Origin: a bacterium
GTDB taxonomy: Bacteria; Patescibacteriota; Microgenomatia; UBA10105; UBA927
Length of the DNA stretch: 64,000 nt
NCBI GenBank assembly: GCA_021817785.1
Contig: JAKAFY010000004.1
Coordinates: 6,826 to 70,825 of the forward strand
Direction: 5' to 3'
The stretch's first letter is position 1. Each line of letters starts with the position of its first letter. Below are positions 1 through 10,068 of this stretch, piece after piece. Made by a program: the position numbers and the translations under genes. The notes beneath the pieces were generated by a model. It was not told the origin of the DNA. It did no database searches and saw only the letters and a list, made by a program, of their open reading frames with translations.

Positions 1-1679
1 TGCGCCAAAAACGGAATAAGCGACGCTGGTGCTCCTACGACCTGTCGGGGAACAATATCAACGTATTCAATGTTTGAGGATTCCGTCTCTAAAAATTCTC
101 CTTTATACCGCACTGGTACGCGCTCTCCAACAATATATCCCTCCCCATCTTTGGGAAGATCTGCATGAGTAATATAATGATACATTTCATCGTTGGCATC
201 TAGATACTCAACAGAATCGGTAACACGCACTTTTGTCACCCCGCCGTGCATCGTTTTTTCTACTTTACGATAAGGAGTTTCCAGAAAACCATATCCGTTT
301 ACCCGTGCATATAAGGCCATATAGGTCACCAAACCAATGTTTGGACCTTCCGGCGAACGGACTGCGTCGACGCGGCCATATTGTGATGCATTGATATCAC
401 GGATGGAAAAGCTTGCGCGTTCCCGGGATATACCGCCTACACCCATAACGGTTAATCTTCGCAAATTATCTATTTCTGCAAGGGGATTAGTCTGATCGAG
501 AATCGTGGAAAGTTGTGATGTGCGGAAAAAATCATTGATGGATGCGATAATCGGCCGGGCATTCACCAAATGGCTAGGCGTAAGATCTTCAGCATTCGGA
601 CCGGCTAAACTCATTTTCTCCCGTATGGATCGTTCCAAACGCAACAGTCCAACCCGGAACGCACTTGTCGCGACCAATTCTCCCACTCTTCGAACACGAC
701 GATTTCCCAGATGATCAATATCATCTACATCACCCTTGCCGTTTGCAAGATTAATAAGATACTGAATACCGCCAATAATATCGTCACGAGTAAGTACCCA
801 ATTTTCTTTTGTGTTCGGAACCTTGAGTCCCAATTTCTTATTCATCTTATATCGTCCTACCCGTTCCAATGAGTACCGACGATAGTCGAAAAACATCGTG
901 CGAAGTAATTCCTGCGCGTTATCCAAAACGATCGGCTCTCCCGGCCGGAGTTTGCGATACAGTTCCAATACCGCCTCATTTTGACTGGTGGTCGTATCCT
1001 TTGCCAGGGTAGCTTTCGTAAACTGATGGTCCGGATTGGTATCGACTTCTTTCAAAATCCGTTCAATTTCTTCATTGGTACCAAAACCGATAGCCCGAAG
1101 GAATGTGCTTGCTACAAACTTCCGGCGTCGGTCTATGCGCACCATCAACACGTCATTTCTGGTAATAAAAAATTCCAACCAGCTTCCGTGCATCGGGCGG
1201 ATTTCTGCACTATATAACGTGCGGCCGGTCGTAGGATCTACTTCTCCGGTCATGTAGATACCCGGGGAACGAACCAATTGATTTACGACGCAGCGCTCAA
1301 TTCCGTTGATAACGAATGTGCCACGCTCCGTCATAGCGGGTATGTCTCCCAAGAATACTTCCTGGGACATCTGATGATTCGATTGTTTGTTGGTGAGCGT
1401 TGCTTTCACTTTGAGTGGCATATCAAACGTGAGTCCCTTTTGCATAGCAACTTCCGGGGTTAATCGGGGTCGTCCAAAATAATAATCACCAAGAGCAAGT
1501 TCCCAATTTTTTCCGGTAAAATCGGTCATGGGGGTGACTTCTTCCAAAAGCTCTTTGATTCCTTGTTCGAGAAACCACTGATATGATTCGCGTTGTACCA
1601 ACGTCAAATCCAGTTTGGGCAGATTTTTAAAGTCTGTTCCCCAAAATTCTCGTTTGTGAATAGAAGGTTTCGATGACAT
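1..1679 (-). CDS. rpoB: DNA-directed RNA polymerase subunit beta (5' part; runs off the window edge)
   Basis: Manual minus-strand translation from ATG at 1679: MSSKPSIHKREFWG...LVQRESYQWFL...FVINGIERCVVNQLVRSPG...DDIDHLGNRRVR...SQLSTILDQTNPLAEIDNLRRLT...RSPEGPNIGLV...GFLETPYRKV. These are conserved RpoB motifs. Absent from the ORF track because it has no stop in the window. Confidence 0.98.
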   Translation of the reverse strand, partial: MSSKPSIHKREFWGTDFKNLPKLDLTLVQRESYQWFLEQGIKELLEEVTPMTDFTGKNWELALGDYYFGRPRLTPEVAMQKGLTFDMPLKVKATLTNKQSNHQMSQEVFLGDIPAMTERGTFVINGIERCVVNQLVRSPGIYMTGEVDPTTGRTLYSAEIRPMHGSWLEFFITRNDVLMVRIDRRRKFVASTFLRAIGFGTNEEIERILKEVDTNPDHQFTKATLAKDTTTSQNEAVLELYRKLRPGEPIVLDNAQELLRTMFFDYRRYSLERVGRYKMNKKLGLKVPNTKENWVLTRDDIIGGIQYLINLANGKGDVDDIDHLGNRRVRRVGELVATSAFRVGLLRLERSIREKMSLAGPNAEDLTPSHLVNARPIIASINDFFRTSQLSTILDQTNPLAEIDNLRRLTVMGVGGISRERASFSIRDINASQYGRVDAVRSPEGPNIGLVTYMALYARVNGYGFLETPYRKVEKTMHGGVTKVRVTDSVEYLDANDEMYHYITHADLPKDGEGYIVGERVPVRYKGEFLETESSNIEYVDIVPRQVVGAPASLIPFLA

Positions 1680-1731
1680 TCGATAATTCCTCTAAAAAGC
1701 TAGACCGGTTTATACAAATGGAAAGAACGAC

Positions 1732-1764
1732 AAAAAGAAGCGAACAATGAACGTTCGCCTCTTT
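1732..1764 (-). terminator. Terminator-like hairpin in the rpoB 5' leader (possible attenuator)
   Basis: Minus strand AAAGAGGCGAAC-GTTCATT-GTTCGCTTCTTTTT, lying between the promoter and the rpoB start. Confidence 0.55.
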
Positions 1765-1784
1765 GGGCTATTCAATTAAGGACT

Positions 1785-1812
1785 ATTATATAGCACAATC
1801 GCCTATTGTCAA
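1785..1812 (-). promoter_or_regulatory. sigma70 promoter for rpoB
   Basis: Minus strand TTGACA-16 bp-TATAAT; both hexamers are perfect consensus. Confidence 0.8.
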
Positions 1813-1884
1813 GCAGCGGAAACAACGCTCTCGTTGTATACCGATACTATCTGGTATGATAAAAGTATAGTAGGAGGTATATAT

Positions 1885-2301
1885 ATGTTTTTCTTACCGG
1901 TAAACATTTGGGGGGTGCTCTTTTCTACCATTTCCTCCGTGGTGATAGGATTTTTGTGGTATTCACCCATTCTGTTCGGCACGCAGTGGAAAAAACTTAC
2001 TAACGGAAGTTCCAAAAAAACGACGAAGCCATCTAACTATATTGTGTACAGATATTCCGCGAACTTTCTCGCAACATTTGTCATGATGTATGTGTTTGCT
2101 CAGGTTATCGGCCTTACCCTTATGACTACGACATTCGAAGGGGCTGTGATGGGCGCTATCATATGGCTGGGATTCGTTGCAACCGCCATGGTGAATATGG
2201 TGCTATTCGAAAACAAATCATGGGCACTCTTTTTTATCAACAGCTGTTATTATCTGGCGTGCCTCGTGGTTTCCGGAGTCATCCTTACGATATGGATCTG
2301 A
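1885..2301 (+). CDS. DUF1761-family membrane protein
   Basis: AGGAGG RBS before ATG 1885; GFLWYSPILFGTQW motif and four hydrophobic helices. Confidence 0.8.
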   Translation: MFFLPVNIWGVLFSTISSVVIGFLWYSPILFGTQWKKLTNGSSKKTTKPSNYIVYRYSANFLATFVMMYVFAQVIGLTLMTTTFEGAVMGAIIWLGFVATAMVNMVLFENKSWALFFINSCYYLACLVVSGVILTIWI

Positions 2302-2305
2302 TCCA

Positions 2306-2815
2306 TTATACGTTGAGAAGCCATAGATAATAATTGAGGACCATTGCAAACGATACCCATAAAAGGTACGGGATCATCGCATAGCTAGCCAACCTGTCAA
2401 TATGTTCGAGCTTCACGACGAGGTATAGGATAAGCAGCCACATGACCGCGATATCGATAAATCCTCCGGGTATATTATGCCGGTCAAAAAATATAAAGGA
2501 CCATAAAAAGTTTACTCCCAGCTGGACTAAAAATATTCCCATTGCAATTCTGTGCTCCCGTTTTTTCATTCCCTGTAACCATATGCGATATGCCGCAAAA
2601 CCCATACAGGCATAGAGCAGGGTCCATACCGGTCCGAATACCCAGTTCGGCGGGCTAAAAAAGGGCTTTACTAACGTCGGATACCATGTGGAAATCTGCG
2701 GGATCGTCAACATACTCCCGATCACCCCCACCAGTTCACATAGGACGATCCAGGCGCCAAGTATCAGAATATGATCTCCTGTTTTTGAGCGCACGTGCGG
2801 CTTATGACGTTTCAT
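2306..2815 (-). CDS. tspO: TspO/MBR tryptophan-rich sensory protein
   Basis: WYPTLVKPFFSPPNWVFGPVWTLLY, LGVNFLWSFIFF and PYLLWVSFA motifs. Confidence 0.92.
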   Translation of the reverse strand: MKRHKPHVRSKTGDHILILGAWIVLCELVGVIGSMLTIPQISTWYPTLVKPFFSPPNWVFGPVWTLLYACMGFAAYRIWLQGMKKREHRIAMGIFLVQLGVNFLWSFIFFDRHNIPGGFIDIAVMWLLILYLVVKLEHIDRLASYAMIPYLLWVSFAMVLNYYLWLLNV

Positions 2816-2828
2816 ATTATCTATAGTA

Positions 2829-3587
2829 TCACAGCAATAATTGCCCCATATGATGTTCATGCGGTGCCGCATGGCTTCGGTATGCGCAGTATTCACATGT
2901 CGGATCTGCCTCCGGCGCTTGTGCCGCGTCCAGACAGGTTTTTATCTGCCGCAGCATCGGCTCTACCCAGCTGTCATCTCCGGTATGGGCGTGCAGCGTC
3001 AGTGCAAATTCCAGTTTTCCGTCAAATTTTGGCCGATTCTTTCCTGCATTTGCATACACGATATACGCGGTATCACTGACACGAAAACCGCTCGCGCGGA
3101 AAATCCACTGATATATTTCCAGTTGCCGTTTATATCCCTGTTTCCACTGGTCATCAAGCGATATTTCTTTTTCCGTAGACGTCGATTTATAGTCCACGAC
3201 GATCAGCTCCTGTTTGGAATTTATCCATAAATCATCCACCGCCCCGAAAACCAAAAGATTTGTTTCTTTGTGAAGCACCTGCTTTCCGATAAAGTTTTCG
3301 CGCCAGGTATCCAGATCCTTATGGACAAACGGCAGCGCATCCACACCATACCGCACCATCAGTTCGTGTTTCTGACCCGCTTTCCGCAGCAAATCAAATT
3401 CTTTTTTCAGCAGTGCGTCGACCGCGGAGTTGAGGGAAAATCCCGGCATACTGGGACGCGACACACCCAGCCGCCTGTCGAGATAAAAACACCTGGGGCA
3501 CTCATGATACAAATCGATTTTGCTCCGGCTCAGTTTAAACGGAGCAATCGACGATGGTACATACACCCTGCTTCCCGTCCATGCCAT
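2829..3587 (-). CDS. PD-(D/E)XK nuclease family protein (RecB/AddB-like, standalone)
   Basis: LSRSKI..CPRCFY, GAVDDL, VVDYKS, QLEIYQW and CEYC motifs. Start placed at MAWTG, just after a TATACT box. Confidence 0.85.
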   Translation of the reverse strand: MAWTGSRVYVPSSIAPFKLSRSKIDLYHECPRCFYLDRRLGVSRPSMPGFSLNSAVDALLKKEFDLLRKAGQKHELMVRYGVDALPFVHKDLDTWRENFIGKQVLHKETNLLVFGAVDDLWINSKQELIVVDYKSTSTEKEISLDDQWKQGYKRQLEIYQWIFRASGFRVSDTAYIVYANAGKNRPKFDGKLEFALTLHAHTGDDSWVEPMLRQIKTCLDAAQAPEADPTCEYCAYRSHAAPHEHHMGQLLL

Positions 3588-3689
3588 ATACAGAGTATAG
3601 CAATCTGCGCCGCACGCCGACAGGTCAAAAAAAATAAAAACGGTGTCTCCTTGACTTCGCGCTCCCGGTACGGAGATACTAAATCCATC

Positions 3690-4232
3690 ATGCCCGAAGA
3701 TACTCTCCGGTCCTATATAGCATCCCAGCGTGCACTGCAGATACCGGACCACTCGATCCGATCCGCACTGGGGGCCAGCGGCTGGAGCACTGCCGACATA
3801 GATGCCGCGCTCAATGGATCTTCGGATACAACACCCCCAAGCTCTGCACCCATACCAGTCCCCGGTGCAATCCGCGTGGTTTCCGTATTACTCGGACTTT
3901 TGTCCCTGGGGGAATTCGGGACGGGATTTGCACTTCTTATAACCATGTTTACGATGAACACCGTGCTTTCCAAAAACGGTGCTGCCCCTCCGTACAGCTT
4001 CATTCCCTATGTATACGGCTTACTTATGAAAGCGGTCTCCGCAATCGGTTCGGGTATCGTATATGCCTATCTGGCTATGCGTGTCGGATACATGGATAAA
4101 AAAGCAATCACGCTCATTATCGTTTCTGTCATCATCCTGCTTGTCATCGAGACCATCACCGGCTCATTTGCTGCCATCCAGTTGCGCGCGCTTATGCAGC
4201 AGGTGACGACCCATTCCGGAGGAAGTCTATGA
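3690..4232 (+). CDS. Hypothetical membrane protein
   Basis: N-terminal IRSALGASGWSTADIDAAL helix motif, then a Pro-rich linker and three TM segments. Confidence 0.65.
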   Translation: MPEDTLRSYIASQRALQIPDHSIRSALGASGWSTADIDAALNGSSDTTPPSSAPIPVPGAIRVVSVLLGLLSLGEFGTGFALLITMFTMNTVLSKNGAAPPYSFIPYVYGLLMKAVSAIGSGIVYAYLAMRVGYMDKKAITLIIVSVIILLVIETITGSFAAIQLRALMQQVTTHSGGSL

Positions 4233-4882
4233 CAAACATCGTCTATATTCTTACGATCTTCAGTATCATCGCACTGCTGCTCGGGGGCAAAAAACAATTC
4301 ACCGAATCATATACCGGACTGACGCGCAAACAAAACATATGGCTCGGCATCATTGCGGCATGTACGGTCACACCGGTGATTATATTCATTGCCTACGTTT
4401 TGTACATTGCCTATGTCCTGAATCCGTCGGATCATTGGTACCGGCAAACCCAGGAGCATACGGCGTACCACATCTATCGCTCATCGTTCCCCCCGTCGGG
4501 AAAAATACAAACCAGCCTCTATATGCCTACGACAATTGCGGGGTATTCCAATGGTATTCGGATTATTTACGATCAAAACATATATCGCCCACGTCCGCAG
4601 GGAGCCACAGGAGCCATCATCGTCAATGAAGTAGGGGTCCCCCCGACGTTTGATATGGCATCATTTATCAGGACAACCTCAGGCATGTTTACGCGTCGGC
4701 GTGTTGATGTCACGACGTCATTCGATCTACAGGGAACGTTACTGGAACAAGAAGCATCCGGTGCGGCTCGCATGGGACTCAAACAATTGATATTCCGCAC
4801 GCCGGACAACGTACTCATCCACATATCCGGTATGGATACGACGGACGCCAATCTCATTCAGGTAGCAAATACCTTAAAATAA
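4229..4882 (+). CDS. Hypothetical membrane-anchored protein
   Basis: ATGA overlap with the upstream stop; two N-terminal TM helices. Confidence 0.65.
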   Translation: MTNIVYILTIFSIIALLLGGKKQFTESYTGLTRKQNIWLGIIAACTVTPVIIFIAYVLYIAYVLNPSDHWYRQTQEHTAYHIYRSSFPPSGKIQTSLYMPTTIAGYSNGIRIIYDQNIYRPRPQGATGAIIVNEVGVPPTFDMASFIRTTSGMFTRRRVDVTTSFDLQGTLLEQEASGAARMGLKQLIFRTPDNVLIHISGMDTTDANLIQVANTLK

Positions 4883-4903
4883 CCAGCGTGTATATCGGCC
4901 GGT

Positions 4904-5149
4904 TTATTTCCCGAACCATCCGTATACCCAGGTAAAGATATAGACGCCCACATATACGTCAAAAAATCCGTATACCAGCCCGACGACGACGCCCGGCAGA
5001 GAAATCGAATACCCGGGATATATGCTAGCCATCACATTCAGAAAATCCGTCGCATACCCGGTATAGACGGATAGCAACGTCGTCACCCCCATAAGCAAAG
5101 CCCACACGGCCCCTCCGGTCAACGCGACTCGCCGCACATTTTTTTTCAT
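4904..5149 (-). CDS. Small membrane protein
   Basis: AGGAGG RBS; two hydrophobic helices with a YPGY motif between them. Confidence 0.7.
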   Translation of the reverse strand: MKKNVRRVALTGGAVWALLMGVTTLLSVYTGYATDFLNVMASIYPGYSISLPGVVVGLVYGFFDVYVGVYIFTWVYGWFGK

Positions 5150-5248
5150 AAAAATACCTCCTATGACCAGTATTTACCCCGTCAGGAGAAAATGCAAACA
5201 CACACCCAAGCACAATGATTGACGGTATTTGGTACAATGGTACTTCGT

Positions 5249-5902
5249 ATGGATACATCTATACCATCTCAAACAGTACGTCCGGACAAGACAAACACCC
5301 AATCCGTACTCAACAGGATGAAATCCTGGTATCGCGGCCTGCCGGACAAAAAACGGTATCTTGAATTCATCACCGCATTGCTTACCATACCTGTCCTTCT
5401 GACCGTTCTGTTGAGTAACGTCAACAACCTTCAGAACCAAAAACGGTCCGCTCCGGCCACGGTCATCACCGTACAGCCTACCCCTTCCGCATATCCTTCT
5501 CCGACTCCGGAAACTACAGCGCTGTCCGTCACCCCTTCCGCTACGCCTCCCATCACAGCCACCCCCGGACCACAATGCAACGCAAATATCCCGCCGATCA
5601 CGATCGCCTCCCCTCAGGAAAATGATATCGTCTCCGGAGATCCTGTCTGCCTCGAAATCACCGGACAGGGAGGAAAATATTGCTCCGTCGTCTGGTCCTA
5701 CCGCATCAACGGAGGAGCCTGGAGCAATTATACGAGCGACGGCGTGTGTATGTATGGTCTGGCTCCCGGCAATAAGACGCTGGATCTTCGGGTCCAGAGC
5801 GTCGTCACCGGCGATCAAACGACCCTCACGCGGCATTTTACGGTAGACGGTGTATTGTCTCCTACCCCCACACCGGCCACAGCATCTGCCACCACGCACT
5901 GA
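5249..5902 (+). CDS. Membrane-anchored protein with Pro/Thr linker and Ig-like beta domain
   Basis: One TM segment, a PTPS-rich linker and a Cys-containing beta-rich C-terminal domain. Confidence 0.7.
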   Translation: MDTSIPSQTVRPDKTNTQSVLNRMKSWYRGLPDKKRYLEFITALLTIPVLLTVLLSNVNNLQNQKRSAPATVITVQPTPSAYPSPTPETTALSVTPSATPPITATPGPQCNANIPPITIASPQENDIVSGDPVCLEITGQGGKYCSVVWSYRINGGAWSNYTSDGVCMYGLAPGNKTLDLRVQSVVTGDQTTLTRHFTVDGVLSPTPTPATASATTH

Positions 5903-5930
5903 TACGGTGCACGGTATACTTATTATATAT

Positions 5931-6296
5931 ATGACTGTCCCAGAATTTGAGTCATTGGTAGCAAACGCACTCGATACGCTCCCCGAGCAGTTTGCCGCTA
6001 TTGTCGACAACGTCGAAGTCGTCGTAGAGGTATGGCCAACTCCGGAAGAATTGGCAGAAGGAAACGTGCCGCCGGGTATGACGCTTTTTGGTTTGTACCA
6101 CGGTCTACCCCAAACGCTGCGCTCCAACTACACGGGTGTGCTGCCGGACAAAATCATCATATTTATGGGTCCCATTCTGGAAGCTTGCGGGCACCATCCC
6201 GACGCAATCAAAATCCAGGTCCGCAATACCCTGCTTCACGAACTCGGCCACCACTTCGGCATGAATGATGCGCAAATCCGCAACACCGGAAAATAA
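5931..6296 (+). CDS. Zincin-like metallopeptidase (DUF1025 type)
   Basis: LFGLYHG, LPDKIIIF and HELGHHFG (HExxH) motifs. Confidence 0.88.
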   Translation: MTVPEFESLVANALDTLPEQFAAIVDNVEVVVEVWPTPEELAEGNVPPGMTLFGLYHGLPQTLRSNYTGVLPDKIIIFMGPILEACGHHPDAIKIQVRNTLLHELGHHFGMNDAQIRNTGK

Positions 6297-6355
6297 AAGT
6301 ACGGGCAGCGAGCGTTCTGCCGGCATCTCACACACTCACTGCTTTATCGCGCGGA

Positions 6356-6940
6356 TTATGATACCGGTTGGCCGGTCTGCCAATCTAAAAATATCGGCTT
6401 ATGCACATGATACAGCGCCGCGTACTTTGCCGTCTGCAATACCGGCCAGTTGGTATGCAGCATAAACTGCTCGATTACGGCGTCCGGCGTCTGCCGCAGA
6501 AGTGCCGTGGCAGCGCGCAATATCCATTTTCGCTTGAGTATTCCGGACGGCGTTACCAGCACATCATAGGCTTCCGGAAATTTGCTTATTTTTGCAAACT
6601 GGCTCACACGCGATGCTGGCGAGTATTCCACATCCGGCGATTCCCAAAATTCCCGGCGCAGCGGATACGTGCGGTCAAACACGAGCGGAAATACGCTCAT
6701 GGTCCGCATGGCGGCATATTCAGGATTCCCCGCTTCGAGTTTGGGTATGACATCCTGCGCATACGAGCACGCGGATTCCAGCGTTTCGTCTATAGATTCC
6801 AACGGATATATAGCGGTAAGTTCCTGCGACTTCCTGTCCGCAAACAGAACGACCGTCACATATGCTTCTTTTGGAAACACCGGCGTTTTACTGCACCAGG
6901 CGATTTCCTTGCGTTCGCTGATTTTTTTCCGGCGTTTCAT
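6356..6940 (-). CDS. Hypothetical protein
   Basis: Long ORF filling the gap, with a TATACT box just upstream of the ATG; no motif recognised. Confidence 0.55.
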   Translation of the reverse strand: MKRRKKISERKEIAWCSKTPVFPKEAYVTVVLFADRKSQELTAIYPLESIDETLESACSYAQDVIPKLEAGNPEYAAMRTMSVFPLVFDRTYPLRREFWESPDVEYSPASRVSQFAKISKFPEAYDVLVTPSGILKRKWILRAATALLRQTPDAVIEQFMLHTNWPVLQTAKYAALYHVHKPIFLDWQTGQPVS

Positions 6941-6980
6941 ACCCAAAGTATACTATACGTTCCCCGGGAGCATATAAACG

Positions 6981-8003
6981 CTACGATACTTCCATTGACG
7001 TTTCTATGAGCTCTCCCCACCGGATACGTTTTGCAGCAGCGTACTCGACTTTATGCCGCTTCATCACGCGGGCAGTATGTACGCCGTCGGCAGTAAGCAC
7101 CGGCAGAGTCAGGTACCCACGGTATTTTTGTACGCTGCCGATTGCCTGCCCCCAATATGTTGTGGTCATGGGCACACTCCCACACGCGACATAACTATAT
7201 TTCGTTTCTTCCCAATCCGATGCCATGTCACTACTTTCCCGCATACTCTGCCGGATCTTCCGTAAAAAATCCGGTCGTGTAAACAGCTGCGGAAAGTGGA
7301 TCCAATATGCTTCGCTTGGCACAAATGTATTATGTATATACGGCGCGATAAGCGGTGCTTTCAGCACTATCTTTTCTGCTGCCGACCGGATGATGGCATA
7401 CCCGCGCGGCGTTCCCGGTTCCAGCAAAAGAACAATGCCGGAACTGTGTTGTTGTAACGCGGCAAAAAAGTCATCCTTTATCCCTTTTGGCAATTCATTC
7501 AATACATTTGCCACAATGATCAGGTCATACGTGTTGGTGTCGACAGTCGCAGTCCAGCGAGCGACCGTTTGCTGCACCCAGGTAATTTTGGTCGATATAT
7601 GCGCATCGCTGCCGATTTCTTCGGCCAATGAAAGTAAATGTGTATCCTGATCCACACCGACGGCAGCGGTCATATCCGGCCATACAGACGTTGCCGCCCA
7701 TATCCCCGTTCCCGGTCCGCATCCTATGTCCAACACGGATCGCGGTCGCCAATCCGGTACGCGGTCTTGTATCTGTAATAATGCACCGGCAATCTGCGCA
7801 TATGTTGCCGGAAATCGAAGTCCCAAGTACGCCAACGCATCTCCCGGTCCCTGGATATACGATCGCACTCCCCCTTTATCCTGATCCATATACCGCTCAT
7901 GCAGCGTTCTGGAATTTTTCTGCAGCGCACGGATATCTCCCCTGGAGAGTATGTGTTCTGCGGCAGCAGCTATCGCTGGCGGGAGGTCAATAAATGTTTG
8001 CAC
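6981..8003 (-). CDS. Rsm22-family SAM-dependent methyltransferase
   Basis: ALAYLGLRFPATYA, VLDIGCGPGTG, NVLNEL, LLEPGTPRG and WEETKYSY motifs. Confidence 0.82.
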   Translation of the reverse strand: MQTFIDLPPAIAAAAEHILSRGDIRALQKNSRTLHERYMDQDKGGVRSYIQGPGDALAYLGLRFPATYAQIAGALLQIQDRVPDWRPRSVLDIGCGPGTGIWAATSVWPDMTAAVGVDQDTHLLSLAEEIGSDAHISTKITWVQQTVARWTATVDTNTYDLIIVANVLNELPKGIKDDFFAALQQHSSGIVLLLEPGTPRGYAIIRSAAEKIVLKAPLIAPYIHNTFVPSEAYWIHFPQLFTRPDFLRKIRQSMRESSDMASDWEETKYSYVACGSVPMTTTYWGQAIGSVQKYRGYLTLPVLTADGVHTARVMKRHKVEYAAAKRIRWGELIETSMEVS

Positions 8004-8030
8004 TATGGGGCAATTATACTACCTGTCGCG

Positions 8031-9080
8031 TTATTCCGGCTCAGGGAGAGACAATCCCTCGACTTCGGGGAGCGCGTTATTGCCGGCTTTCCCCTGCATG
8101 CTGCCGTAGATGTTGGCGGTCGCTGTAATAATGCGCGACAACTGCGCTTCCCGCGCTTTCCACATTTTGTCGTACGCCGCCCGTTCGCGGCCTATCTGTT
8201 CATGCATGTCGCGATACGCCTCAATGACTGCCGTCACCTGTTGCCGGAACTGCGTGCTGGTCACATATTCATATACCAGGTCCGCTTTCCTGCCCTGGTG
8301 CATCTGCGCCGTTTTTTGGTAGGCAACGTTTATTAAAATTTCCCGAAGCAATCCGGCCAAAGGGATCAGTAATTTCCGTTCCGTCACCCACACGCCGTCA
8401 TTGTTAACGATTGCTTCGGCGGCTTCCTTCGGCATCACCTGGGACACGATTGCCGCCATGTCAGCGCCGCTTCTCCGCTGGTCTTCTTTGAGTTTCGGCA
8501 CCCAGCCGTCCGTCCAGTTTTTGGTGCGTTTGGATTCCCACAGTATTTTGCCGCACACGGTTTTGCCGCTCGGACTTTTGACGACCTGCACGCAGTCGCC
8601 GCCCATATCCCCTTTTTCGACAGGCAGGATATCATCCTGCGGATAGGTTTCCCGCAAAGACCGTTCTATGTCGAGTTCTTGCACTTCTCCCTGCGTCTGC
8701 TGGCTTCCCTGGGTTGCCGCGCGCTTGGCTTCTTCGAGGAGTTTATTCAGGCGCTCGATCTGCAGGTCTTTTTCTTTTATCTTAAAGCCCGATTGCTCGT
8801 CGGCTTCTTTCATCGTCGCTTCGCGGATAGCCTTTTTTGCCGCATCAAGTTGCCGTTGCATCTCGAGATCAAATTTTCGTTCTTTTTCTTCAAGCGCATC
8901 TTTTTGCTTGCGAAGTGTTAGTTCCTGTTCTTCCGCTTTTTTCACTGCATCTTTATACCTGATTAATTCTTCCTCATGCCGTTTATTGAGCTTGTCGATT
9001 TCTTCGGTGCGGATGTGCTCGCGCAACGCGTCGCTTATCTCAAATGATTTGCCGCAATGTATGCAGGTGATGGTATCCAT
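8031..9080 (-). CDS. DUF2130 domain coiled-coil protein
   Basis: N-terminal CxHC, a coiled coil, SQQTQGEVQE and ILWESKRTKNW..GWVPKLKEDQR motifs. Confidence 0.88.
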   Translation of the reverse strand: MDTITCIHCGKSFEISDALREHIRTEEIDKLNKRHEEELIRYKDAVKKAEEQELTLRKQKDALEEKERKFDLEMQRQLDAAKKAIREATMKEADEQSGFKIKEKDLQIERLNKLLEEAKRAATQGSQQTQGEVQELDIERSLRETYPQDDILPVEKGDMGGDCVQVVKSPSGKTVCGKILWESKRTKNWTDGWVPKLKEDQRRSGADMAAIVSQVMPKEAAEAIVNNDGVWVTERKLLIPLAGLLREILINVAYQKTAQMHQGRKADLVYEYVTSTQFRQQVTAVIEAYRDMHEQIGRERAAYDKMWKAREAQLSRIITATANIYGSMQGKAGNNALPEVEGLSLPEPE

Positions 9081-9120
9081 AGTGGATGAAAGTATAGTAC
9101 GCCGCGGGATAAAAACCAAC

Positions 9121-9146
9121 AATCCCCCGGAATAGTCCGGGGGATT
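9121..9146. terminator. Hairpin terminator
   Basis: AATCCCCCGGA-ATAG-TCCGGGGGATT, a perfect 11-bp stem just downstream of the 9174-9884 gene. Confidence 0.75.
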
Positions 9147-9173
9147 GCGTTCGTTCTAACCAAATAATATGGG

Positions 9174-9884
9174 TTACAGGATGTTTCCTGAATTCCCCGT
9201 TACGGCGTTTATCCACGTTCCGTGGCTGCCGCCTCTGTATTGCCATCCCCACCAATCGTCCGTGTAGGATGCACCGCTTACGAAATACTGATTGACCCAA
9301 CTTACCAGTCCGGTACACGTCCCGGATATATTGCACTGATAATTGGTAGTCCCCACACTGCCGTGGGTTTTCCACGTCGGGGTAGCAAGGAGCGTCCCCG
9401 TTATGGTTGCCCGTCTGCCGCCCGTCATGCTTCCATGTACCGGTTCATCGGTAGACGTATTAATGAGCGCGCCGGCCGGTCGGTTTCCAGGTCCTACCTG
9501 TCCCGGTATGGCATAAAAGCTCCCGTCGTAGGTGACGATCGCACAATAGGTGCCGGGAGTTGTCTCCCCGGGTGCCACGGTCTGCCAGACTTTGATATGC
9601 CGGGTGTAATAATCAAACGCCCAGTAATTGCCGGTTTCTCCGGAATCCGCATCGTTTTGCACTTTCTGTGTCACTTCGATCACCGGACTCCCGAGTTTTT
9701 TACCGCACGCGGAGTTGGATAATTCGTTATCCGGATTAAACAACCGTCCGTTTCGGTCTTCCTCATGGCCCCGGTCGCCGTTTGGTTTCTCGTCGGCATA
9801 TGCCTGCGTGGTCACCAATGCGAGGGTAAACACAACCAAGGACGCCAATGTTACTCCTAAAACAATTTTTTTCATGTATGTCAC
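9174..9884 (-). CDS. Secreted hypothetical protein
   Basis: GGGAGGTGA RBS; signal peptide ending ..QAYA; Gly/Thr/Trp-rich mature region with paired Cys. Confidence 0.75.
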   Translation of the reverse strand: MTYMKKIVLGVTLASLVVFTLALVTTQAYADEKPNGDRGHEEDRNGRLFNPDNELSNSACGKKLGSPVIEVTQKVQNDADSGETGNYWAFDYYTRHIKVWQTVAPGETTPGTYCAIVTYDGSFYAIPGQVGPGNRPAGALINTSTDEPVHGSMTGGRRATITGTLLATPTWKTHGSVGTTNYQCNISGTCTGLVSWVNQYFVSGASYTDDWWGWQYRGGSHGTWINAVTGNSGNIL

Positions 9885-10046
9885 CTCCCTTCGTTAGAAT
9901 TTCTTGATGAGATGTTATCGAATCCTAGAAATTCTTACGCCCTCCGTAGATTGCTCTTTGTGCCGCCAATCTGCCTCGCCGGCCGGCGGGCAAATAGTAG
10001 GTAAGGCAAAAAGTACATACAGACGGACGACAATATTTTTTCCCAC

Positions 10047-10068
10047 AAAAAACCGCCCTTCCGGCGGT
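10047..10068 (-). terminator. Intrinsic terminator in the leader of the 9174-9884 gene
   Basis: Minus strand ACCGCC-GGAAG-GGCGGT-TTTTT. Confidence 0.6.

Noticed and set aside
505-1463. Plus-strand ORFs in the first 1.5 kb, and other long antisense ORFs such as 30283-31278 and 58042-59289
   Set aside because: Shadow ORFs opposite rpoB, the DUF2207 gene and ftsK.
2829-3587. cas4 gene
   Set aside because: No cas1, cas2 or array nearby and the Cys pattern differs from Cas4; kept as a generic PD-(D/E)XK nuclease.
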